From: an uncultured Lachnospiraceae bacterium | GTDB taxonomy: Bacteria > Bacillota > Clostridia > Lachnospirales > Lachnospiraceae | Reading direction: 5' to 3' | Assembly: GCA_910588865.1 (NCBI GenBank) | Contig: CAJUSJ010000006.1 | Coordinates: forward strand, 4,755 to 68,754 | DNA length: 64,000 nt | Shown: positions 56,742 through 64,000 of the stretch, one piece after another | Numbering within the stretch: the stretch's first letter is position 1 | Layout of the letters: every line of letters starts with the position of its first letter | Program-made: the position numbers and the translations under genes | The notes under the pieces: generated by a model | Told to the model about the DNA's origin: nothing | The model's input: the letters and a program-made list of their open reading frames with translations, nothing else | Databases searched by the model: none

Positions 56742-58148
56742 TTATGTCACCGTGGCTCTGGGCAGGGTAAAGATAAATTCTGTGCCCACCCCCTCGGTGC
56801 TGATGACGTCAATGGTCTCCCCGTGATTTTGTATGATCTCCTTGACAATGGCCAGTCCCAGGCCAGTGCCCCGTTTGTCCTTTCCCCGGGACTGGTCTGT
56901 CTTGTAGAAACGCTCCCAGATCTTCTTCAAGCTGCCCTTTGGGATGCCGATGCCTGTGTCCTTCACGGAGACAAAGACTTTCTCATACTTTACCGTGGTC
57001 TGGATATAGATCACGGAATCCGGGTGGCTGAACTTGATGGCATTGTCGATCAGGTTATAGAGAACCTGCTGAATCTTTCCAAGGTCCGCGTACACCAGGG
57101 TGATATTTTCGGAAAATGTCAGGTCCAGGACAATATTTTTAGTATCACAGGTTCCCTCAAAGGAGGCGGCCGTGTCCTTGATCACCCGGTTCATGTCAAA
57201 ATTGGTCCGGGACAGATAGCCTTTGCTGTCTAAGGAGTTTAAGGTGAGAAGCCCCTGGGTCAGTTTGTTTAGGCGGTCTGTCTCGGAGATTACCCGGTTT
57301 AAATATTTTTCGTACATCTCAGGGGGGATGGTGCCGTCTAAGATGGCCTCTAAGTACCCCTTGATGGAGGTGAGAGGGGAGCGGAAATCGTGGGAGATGT
57401 TGGCGATGAAGGTTCTCTGGTACTCTTCCATCTTGTCCAGCTCGTCGGACATGTAATTTAAGGTGGCGGCCAGGTATCCCATCTCATCCTGGGTATTTAT
57501 GGTGGTCTTGTACTTTAAATTGCCCTCCGCGTACTGGTTGGCGGCCTCTGTGATCTTTTTTAAAGGCAGGTACACGGTCTTGGTAAACACCAGGAGAATG
57601 ATCAGGGACAGGCCGAAGATGATCCCTGACACGATGTAGAGGATATTGAGGAACCCGTCCCTGGAGTCCTCAATCTGGCTTAAGGGCAGGTGGATCAGCA
57701 CATACCCGTAGGTGGTGTAGTTGCCTGTAATGGGCGCGCGGACACTTAACACTTCCTCGGTGAAGCAGTCGTTGTAGTTGCCGATGGTGTATTGGCGGTT
57801 GCCGTTGAAGGTGGGGTCAAAGCCTGTTATGGTCATGCCCACCCTGGGGGAACGGCCGCTGTCAACCACAACGACGCCCCGGCTGTTGACCACCCAGATC
57901 TCCGCTTTTAAGTAGGTGGCCACGGCCTCCAGCTGAGGGCGGGCGGAATCCATATTAAAGTTCCTGCCTTTGTAGACCTGGCTGTATCGGGCAGCCAGGA
58001 GATTGGCCTCGTCGTAGAGGGTTTCGGATTCCTGGGATATGAGCTGGTTGTAGGTCAGCTCCGAGGCGGTAGTGGCTACCGCGAAAAAGCCGAGGACCCC
58101 GAAAACCAGGTAGCCCAGTATAAATTTGTAGTACAGAGAGTGCTTCAT
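56742..58148 (-). CDS. Sensor histidine kinase (two TM, HAMP, HisKA, HATPase_c)
   Basis: 468 aa with the H-box FIANISHDFRSPLTSIKGYLEAI, N-box NLIDNAIKFS and G-box DTGIGIP...GTGLGLAIVK. Confidence 0.9.
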   Translation of the reverse strand: MKHSLYYKFILGYLVFGVLGFFAVATTASELTYNQLISQESETLYDEANLLAARYSQVYKGRNFNMDSARPQLEAVATYLKAEIWVVNSRGVVVVDSGRSPRVGMTITGFDPTFNGNRQYTIGNYNDCFTEEVLSVRAPITGNYTTYGYVLIHLPLSQIEDSRDGFLNILYIVSGIIFGLSLIILLVFTKTVYLPLKKITEAANQYAEGNLKYKTTINTQDEMGYLAATLNYMSDELDKMEEYQRTFIANISHDFRSPLTSIKGYLEAILDGTIPPEMYEKYLNRVISETDRLNKLTQGLLTLNSLDSKGYLSRTNFDMNRVIKDTAASFEGTCDTKNIVLDLTFSENITLVYADLGKIQQVLYNLIDNAIKFSHPDSVIYIQTTVKYEKVFVSVKDTGIGIPKGSLKKIWERFYKTDQSRGKDKRGTGLGLAIVKEIIQNHGETIDVISTEGVGTEFIFTLPRATVT

Positions 58149-58153
58149 AAAAA

Positions 58154-58867
58154 TTACCGTTTCACTTCAAATTTGTAGCCAATGCCCCACACGGTGGTCA
58201 GGGCCCAGTTGGCGTTGTCCTTGATCTTCTCCCGAAGGCGCTTGATATGCACATCCACGGTCCTGGTGTCGCCGATATACTCATATCCCCAGATGTGGTC
58301 CAGAAGCTGTTCCCTTGTGAACACCTGGTTGGGAGATGAGGCCAGGAAATAGAGAAGCTCCAGCTCCTTGGGAGGCATTTCCACGGAATGGCCGTTGTAG
58401 GTCACAGCGTAGTTGGTCAGGTTCACGATGAGATCCGGAAATTCCACATAATCCCCCTGCTGGTCTGTGCCGGACGCGGCGGCGGAAAATGAGGTGGTGT
58501 GGCACCGGCGCAGCACTGCCTTGACCCGGGCCACCAGTTCCTTGGAATCAAAGGGCTTGATCATGTAGTCGTCAGCCCCCAGCTCCAGCCCCAGGACCTT
58601 GTCAAAGATCTCGCCCTTGGCGGACAGCATGATAATGGGAACCTGGGAAGAGGTCCGCAGCTCCCGGCACACCTGGTATCCGTCCATGCCGGGAAGCATC
58701 AGATCAAGAAGGATAATGTTGGGATTAAATTCGGGAAACACCCGGAGAGCCTCCTCCCCGTCATTTACGATCAGGGTTTCATAACATTCTTTTATGAGAT
58801 AGAGCGAGATCAGCTCCGCGATATTGACATCATCGTCAACAATGAGCACCCGCTGTTTTTCTGCCAT
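58154..58867 (-). CDS. OmpR-family response regulator
   Basis: Trimmed to MAEKQRVLIVDDD (58867). Receiver motifs LLDLMLPGMDG and MLSAKG. Winged-helix tail TVWGIGYKFE. Confidence 0.9.
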   Translation of the reverse strand: MAEKQRVLIVDDDVNIAELISLYLIKECYETLIVNDGEEALRVFPEFNPNIILLDLMLPGMDGYQVCRELRTSSQVPIIMLSAKGEIFDKVLGLELGADDYMIKPFDSKELVARVKAVLRRCHTTSFSAAASGTDQQGDYVEFPDLIVNLTNYAVTYNGHSVEMPPKELELLYFLASSPNQVFTREQLLDHIWGYEYIGDTRTVDVHIKRLREKIKDNANWALTTVWGIGYKFEVKR

Positions 58868-58883
58868 TTCAATACCTCCCCCA

Positions 58884-61265
58884 TCACTTAAAAACAACAA
58901 TAGTAACGCCGGAATCCCCTTCGCCGAACTCGCCCAGCCGGAATTCTTTCACGTATTTTAATTTTTTCAGTTTCTTGTGGACCGCTGCCCGCAGGGCTCC
59001 TGTTCCCCGGCCGTGAACCACCCGGACCTGGGGCAGATGAGCCAGATAGGCGTCATCTAAATATTTGTCCAGCACAGGGACAGCCTCGTCAGTGGTCATG
59101 CCGATCAGATTGATCTCAGGGGACACGGAGAAGGACTTGGACATCTTGATTTTTCCGCTTCCCGTCTTCTCTCTGGACCGGGAGGTGTCTGCCGCGCTGT
59201 CCTTTGGCTCTTCGGCCATCTCCAGGTCTTTTAAGTTAACCTGGGAGCGGAGGATGCCCATCTGGACGTACAGATCCCCCTTGGCGTTGGGAAGGGTGCT
59301 GACGGTTCCTATTAAATTTAAGGAAAGCACCTTGACCGTGTCTCCGATCTGGAGGGTCTTGGCTGAGATGGTCTTTTTGGGTCCCTTGGTCTTCACGGTC
59401 AGCTTCTGATCCACCTGGTTCATCTTCTCCCGCAGCTTGGTCCGCTCCGCTTCCAGCTCCTTGTTGACGCCGGAGGCGGAGGCCAGGCGGTTAATGTTTT
59501 TGATGGTCTGGTCCGCGGTCTCCTTGGCCTCCCTGAGGATCCGCTGGGCCTCCTCGTTGGCCTGGCGCAGAAGCTTTTCCCTGCGCTGGTCCAGGCGCTC
59601 TTCCTTCTGGGAAAGGCGGGCCCGCAGCTTGGCGGCTTCCTCCTTGTAGGCCTTGACCTCGGCATGCTCCTTCTCAATGGTCAGCCTGCTCTCCTCCAAG
59701 TGGGCGATCAGGTCCTCGAAGGTCTCGTCGTTGGCTTCCAGATGATTTCTGGCGTCTTCAATGATAAAGTCAGGCAGCCCCAGTTTTTTGGATATGGCAA
59801 AGGCGTTGCTCTTGCCCGGGATGCCGATGAGGAGACGGTAGGTGGGCTGGAGATTCTCCACGCTGAACTCGCAGCAGGCGTTTTCCACCCCGGGAGTTGA
59901 CAAGGCGAAAACCTTCAGCTCGCTGTAGTGGGTGGTGGCCATGGTACGGCATTTCATATTGTGGAGAAAGCTCAGGACGGCAATGGCCAGCGCGGCTCCC
60001 TCCGTAGGGTCTGTGCCGGCCCCAAGCTCGTCGAAGAGACACAGGGAGCGGCTGTCCGCCTGATCTAATATGGACACAATGTTGGTCATGTGGGCGGAAA
60101 AGGTGCTCAGGCTCTGCTCAATGCTCTGTTCGTCGCCGATATCGGCAAACACATCCTCGAACACAGCCAGTTCTGAGCCGTCAAAGGCGGGGATGTGGAG
60201 CCCGGCCTGGCCCATAAGGGTGAACAGGCCCACGGTTTTCAGGGACACGGTCTTTCCCCCTGTGTTGGGCCCAGTGACGATCAGCAGGTCAAATTCCCTG
60301 CCCAGGTGGATATTGATGGGAACCACCTTGGACGGGTCCAGCAGGGGATGGCGTCCTTCTTTGATGTTGATATATCCGTTGGTGTTGAAAACAGGCTGGC
60401 TGCACTTGTAATGTCTGGCCAGCCCGGCCCTGGCAAAGATAAAATCCAGGGAGGCCAGAAGCTCCTGGTCAAGGCGGATCTGCTCCGCGAAGGGCGCGGC
60501 CTGGTTGCTTAGATCCGCCAGAACCGCCTCGATCTCTTTCTTTTCCTGGATCTCCAGCTCCCGGAGCTGGTTGTTCAGCTGGATAATGGCCATGGGCTCG
60601 ATAAACAAGGTGGACCCGGTCGCGGACTGGTCGTGGACCATGCCGGACACCTGGTTCTTGTACTCCGATTTCACGGGCAGGCAGTAGCGTCCATCCCGCA
60701 TGGTCACAACCGCGTCCTGGAGATAAGAACGGTTGGAGTTGAGGATTGAGTTCAGCTGTGTGTGAACCCGGTCATTGATCACTTTCATGGACCTGCGCAC
60801 ATGGCGCAGCCCTGGGCTGGCGTCGTCGCTGACCTCGTCTTCGGACAGAATGCACCGCCGGATCTCTGTGTTGAGGGGGGTCAGGGGCTCAAGAAGGCGG
60901 AATGTCTCCTCTAAAGAGTCGTCAGGAAGCTCAGATTCCTCATGCCGCCCGTAGGCCTTGGCCCGGGAAGCCACGGTGAGAATGGAGCTGATGGACAGAA
61001 GCTCTGTGATGCTCAGGGAGCTGCCGATCTCCAGGCGTTTTAGGGAGTCCTTTACATCTCTCAGCCCGGAAAAGGAAACGCTGCCTTTCTGGCGTACCCT
61101 GGTGAGGGCGTCAGAGGTCTCTGCCTGGGTCCTGCGGATCTCCCCGATGTCGGTGGAAGGCAGCAGATCCCGGCACAGCCCCGCGCCTAAAGGGGAGGAG
61201 GCGTATTCGGCCAGCTGGGAGATGATTTTGTCGTATTCTAGGGTTTTTAAAGATTTTTTGTTCAT
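58884..61265 (-). CDS. mutS2: Endonuclease MutS2 (MutS domain V ATPase plus C-terminal Smr)
   Basis: 793 aa. Walker A is GPNTGGKTVSLK; Walker B is CLFDELGAGTDP. The C-terminal Smr region is VVHGRGTGALR. Confidence 0.93.
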   Translation of the reverse strand: MNKKSLKTLEYDKIISQLAEYASSPLGAGLCRDLLPSTDIGEIRRTQAETSDALTRVRQKGSVSFSGLRDVKDSLKRLEIGSSLSITELLSISSILTVASRAKAYGRHEESELPDDSLEETFRLLEPLTPLNTEIRRCILSEDEVSDDASPGLRHVRRSMKVINDRVHTQLNSILNSNRSYLQDAVVTMRDGRYCLPVKSEYKNQVSGMVHDQSATGSTLFIEPMAIIQLNNQLRELEIQEKKEIEAVLADLSNQAAPFAEQIRLDQELLASLDFIFARAGLARHYKCSQPVFNTNGYINIKEGRHPLLDPSKVVPINIHLGREFDLLIVTGPNTGGKTVSLKTVGLFTLMGQAGLHIPAFDGSELAVFEDVFADIGDEQSIEQSLSTFSAHMTNIVSILDQADSRSLCLFDELGAGTDPTEGAALAIAVLSFLHNMKCRTMATTHYSELKVFALSTPGVENACCEFSVENLQPTYRLLIGIPGKSNAFAISKKLGLPDFIIEDARNHLEANDETFEDLIAHLEESRLTIEKEHAEVKAYKEEAAKLRARLSQKEERLDQRREKLLRQANEEAQRILREAKETADQTIKNINRLASASGVNKELEAERTKLREKMNQVDQKLTVKTKGPKKTISAKTLQIGDTVKVLSLNLIGTVSTLPNAKGDLYVQMGILRSQVNLKDLEMAEEPKDSAADTSRSREKTGSGKIKMSKSFSVSPEINLIGMTTDEAVPVLDKYLDDAYLAHLPQVRVVHGRGTGALRAAVHKKLKKLKYVKEFRLGEFGEGDSGVTIVVFK

Positions 61266-61407
61266 ATTTTTATTTAAGTCCTTTTTTGTGTGATTATTTG
61301 AGGAGGAGCATTGTTTAAGCGGGTTCGCGGGGTCTCAGCGCTTTTCCTATTATACCATAAAATATAGTTCTTAAGGGGGATTTTTTCTTAAGATTTGATT
61401 GTTTGGA

Positions 61408-61436
61408 TTGACACTAATTTAACGGAGTGATAGACT
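61408..61436 (+). promoter_or_regulatory. Sigma-A-like promoter for the flavoprotein reductase gene
   Basis: TTGACA (61408-61413), a 17-nt spacer, then TAGACT (61431-61436). A 9-bp leader hairpin CAGCCCCAG/CTGGGGCTG follows at 61443-61474. Confidence 0.5.
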
Positions 61437-61497
61437 ACAGTTACAGCCCCAGGGTTTATATAAGAGCTGGGGCTGAACTATTTCAGGAGGAAAATTT

Positions 61498-63390
61498 ATG
61501 AGAAAATCAGGTAAGAAACTGATGTCAGTGGTATTGGCTGGAGCCATGGCCTTGTCTTTGGCGGCCTGCGGCGGCCAGAGCGCCGACGCCACGACAGCGG
61601 CGGAGACTGCCACGACTGCTGAGACCACCACGGCGGCGGAGACCACCACGGCGGCGGATACAACCGAGGCCGAGACAGAGGCTGTGGAGGAAGAAGCGGC
61701 CGGAGAAAATCAGCAGGCGGATATCGTGGTCATCGGAGCAGGCGGGGCAGGCATGACAGCGGCCATCCAGGCTGTTCAGGATGGCGCCACGGATGTGGTG
61801 ATTTTAGAGAAGATGCCCATCACCGGAGGCAACACCACCCGTTCCACCGGCGGACTCAACGCGGCGGAGACACCTTATCAGGAAGCGGACAATATTGAAG
61901 ATTCCATAGAGCTTTTCATAGAAGACACCATGAAGGGCGGCAAGGAATTAAACGATAAAGACCTGGTAACCGTCATGGCAGAGAACTCTGCCGCGGCAGT
62001 GGACTGGGTAAATGACATTGGCGGGGATTTAAGCGTTGTGGGCATGTTTGGAGGCGCGAGCGTAAAGCGTATCCACAGGCCAAGCGACACATCAGCCGTA
62101 GGCCCCATGCTGGTGAAGGCGCTCAATGACAAAGTAGCGGAGCTTAAGATCCCGGTTCTTCTGGAAACCAAAGCAGAGAAGATCCTGGTGGATGACAGCG
62201 GCAAGGTAAGCGGTGTGACAGCGACCGACAAGGATGGCAGGGAATTCACCATCGACTGTACGGCAGTGGTTCTGGCCACAGGCGGTTTCGGAGCCAACTC
62301 CGAGATGGTGGTAGAGTATAAGCCGGATCTGGCGGGCTTTTGCACCACCAACCACGGCGGAGCCACAGGCGACGGCATTGTCATGGCAAAGGAGCTGGGC
62401 GCTGACTTTGTGGATATGGAGCAGATCCAGACCCATCCAACTGTAAATCCTGACACCCAGACCATGTATACAGAAGGCGTCCGGGGCAACGGAGCCATCC
62501 TGGTAAACAAAGAGGGCAAGCGTTTCGTTGATGAGCTGGAGACCAGGGACGTGGTATCCGCGGCAATTCTGGAGCAGACCGACAAAGTGTGCTACCTTGT
62601 ATTTGACCAGGCGGTGAGAGACAGTCTGGCAGCCATTGAGTCCTACATAAAAGCGGGGATCGTAACAGAGGCAGACACGCCGGAAGAGCTGGGAGAGGCT
62701 ATCGGTGTGGACGGAACGGCTCTGGCGGAGACACTGACAGCTTACGCCGGATATCAGGCAGCAGGCAAGGATGAGGAATTCGACAGGGAGAGCATGGAGC
62801 TTCCTCTGGATCAGCCCAAGTACTATGCCGCGCTGTGCGCCCCGGCCATCCATCACACCATGGGCGGCGTTAAGATCGATACCCAGACTCAGGTGCTGAA
62901 GGAGGATGGAAGCGCCATCCCAGGCTTATTCGCCGCGGGCGAGGTTACAGGAGGAGTTCATGGCGGCAACCGTTTAGGCGGAAACGCGGTCACTGATATT
63001 GTGGTATTTGGCCGTATCGCTGGTTCCATGGCAGAGGACTATGTGGCAGACAACGGCGGTCACACCGAGGCTGAGATCACCGCTGAGGAAGATACCGCCG
63101 GGGCAGTTCCCGCGGTTCAGGGAGACTATAAGGATGGCGTCTACGAAGGCACCGGCAAGGGCAACAATGGCGACATTACCGTTGAAGTGACCGTAGAGGG
63201 CGGCAGCATTGTCTCCATAACCTTAAAAGAGCACGGTGAGACAGCCGGAATCTATGAGGCCGCGGAAAAAGGCGTGGTGGAAGAGATCATCAAGAACCAG
63301 ACAGCAGAGGTTGACGCTGTGTCCGGTGCCACCAACACCAGCAAGGGCATCATGGAAGCCGTGTCCGCGGCACTTGAAGAGGCAAAATAA
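61498..63390 (+). CDS. Secreted lipoprotein FAD-dependent reductase of the fumarate/urocanate reductase (flavocytochrome c-like) family with a C-terminal FMN-bind domain
   Basis: Lipobox LSLAACGG and a Thr/Ala/Glu-rich linker. FAD fold DIVVIGAGGAGMTAA, with QTHPT and GGNRLGGNA. The C-terminal module YEGTGKGNNGDITVEV...VDAVSGATNTSKG contains a DxxSGAT flavinylation-type motif. Confidence 0.8.
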   Translation: MRKSGKKLMSVVLAGAMALSLAACGGQSADATTAAETATTAETTTAAETTTAADTTEAETEAVEEEAAGENQQADIVVIGAGGAGMTAAIQAVQDGATDVVILEKMPITGGNTTRSTGGLNAAETPYQEADNIEDSIELFIEDTMKGGKELNDKDLVTVMAENSAAAVDWVNDIGGDLSVVGMFGGASVKRIHRPSDTSAVGPMLVKALNDKVAELKIPVLLETKAEKILVDDSGKVSGVTATDKDGREFTIDCTAVVLATGGFGANSEMVVEYKPDLAGFCTTNHGGATGDGIVMAKELGADFVDMEQIQTHPTVNPDTQTMYTEGVRGNGAILVNKEGKRFVDELETRDVVSAAILEQTDKVCYLVFDQAVRDSLAAIESYIKAGIVTEADTPEELGEAIGVDGTALAETLTAYAGYQAAGKDEEFDRESMELPLDQPKYYAALCAPAIHHTMGGVKIDTQTQVLKEDGSAIPGLFAAGEVTGGVHGGNRLGGNAVTDIVVFGRIAGSMAEDYVADNGGHTEAEITAEEDTAGAVPAVQGDYKDGVYEGTGKGNNGDITVEVTVEGGSIVSITLKEHGETAGIYEAAEKGVVEEIIKNQTAEVDAVSGATNTSKGIMEAVSAALEEAK

Positions 63391-63412
63391 TGTTTTATGT
63401 GTAAATAAAAGA

Positions 63413-63460
63413 ACAGCAGCCCAGGTATGGCGTCAGCGGCCAGGGCTGCTGCTTGCTTTT
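63413..63460 (+). terminator. Rho-independent terminator
   Basis: Stem CAGCAGCCC (63414-63422) / GGGCTGCTG (63443-63451), then CTTGCTTTTA. Confidence 0.65.
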
Positions 63461-63605
63461 ATCACCCGGGCTTCACCGGGCGGCCCCAAAACATTCCTCA
63501 ATGTTTTATGAAAATGAATGTCGAAAAACACCGCAAAATCATTGCCATTCTCCGCCAGTCATGTTAAAATTCCCTTTAAGGAAAATAAGACAGGAGGGAC
63601 ATGGG

Positions 63606-64000
63606 ATGATCCGAATGGTAGTCAGTGATATGGATGGGACGCTTTTGAATAAAAAGGCGGAGGTATCCGCGAAGAATCTGGAGGCCATACGCCGCCTTAC
63701 GGAAAACAACATAGAATTCGTGATCGCTTCTGGCAGGGACTACCAGGGAGTATATTCCATCACCAGCAGATACGGCCTGGAGTGTGAGGCGATTTTGGGA
63801 AATGGATCTCAGTACGTAGATTGCCGGGGAAAGCTGCTTATGAGCTGCTATCTGAAAAAAACTCTTGTAAAAGAGATCGTAAAGATCTTCATGGATGCCC
63901 GGATCCCGCATATGATCTTTACTACAGACGGATTTTACACAGGAGACGAACCCGAAGCTGTCAGGGAGGCCTTTATCGAGAGAAGCCAAAAACGGTTTGG
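63606..64000 (+). CDS. Cof-type HAD-IIB phosphatase (partial, runs off the window end); absent from the ORF track
   Basis: Hand translation from the ATG at 63606: MIRMVVSDMDGTLLNKKAEVSAKNLEAIRRLTENNIEFVIASGRDYQG..., with no stop to the window end. HAD motif I is DMDGTL. RBS CAGGAGGG. Confidence 0.75.
   Translation, partial: MIRMVVSDMDGTLLNKKAEVSAKNLEAIRRLTENNIEFVIASGRDYQGVYSITSRYGLECEAILGNGSQYVDCRGKLLMSCYLKKTLVKEIVKIFMDARIPHMIFTTDGFYTGDEPEAVREAFIERSQKRF

Overview
This chromosomal window reads like a spore-forming Firmicute of the Clostridia (Lachnospiraceae-like) type. That is inferred from gene content (yyaC, a DUF2508/YaaL-like gene, mutS2, a DnaD-like plus DnaI-like loader pair, a CBS-DHH pyrophosphatase, Cof-type HAD phosphatases) and a GC content of roughly 50-58 percent by eye. 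There are about 60 protein genes; I saw no rRNA, tRNA or CRISPR array. Most of it is housekeeping: glgB, murG, murC, a class A PBP, transketolase, glucokinase, shikimate kinase, PRPP synthetase, mutS2 and two OmpR/histidine-kinase pairs. Unusual content: (1) An 11-gene Flp/Tad-type pilus operon at 4.8-15.3 kb. It includes a 58-aa Flp pilin gene missing from the ORF track, two A24 prepilin peptidase paralogues and a TadZ-like protein with a degenerate P-loop. It also has three pseudopilin-like proteins (one of 689 aa with a poly-acidic tract, one with a duplicated YH..C..CxxC tail) and a terminal FHA-domain membrane protein. (2) An AT-rich decayed patch at about 18.9-22.2 kb, with a compositional break inside an anti-sigma-like gene, a frameshifted AlbA_2/HATPase_c_4-type pseudogene and an Rpn (PD-(D/E)XK transposase-like) gene. 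(3) A cellobiose-type PTS and 6-phospho-beta-glucosidase regulon with a LicR/MtlR-type PRD activator and two inverted 22-bp candidate operators. (4) Two copies of a ~65-bp GC-rich hairpin element, each placed directly after a terminator. (5) A dense DnaA-box cluster (four perfect TTATCCACA) in front of the dnaD-like/dnaI-like operon. (6) A decayed stretch with antitoxin and LysR remnants. (7) A lipoprotein flavocytochrome-type reductase with a C-terminal FMN-bind module. I found no convincing defence island and no clearly new multi-gene system beyond the uncharacterised accessory half of the Tad operon. All family names come from motif recognition by eye, not database searches.
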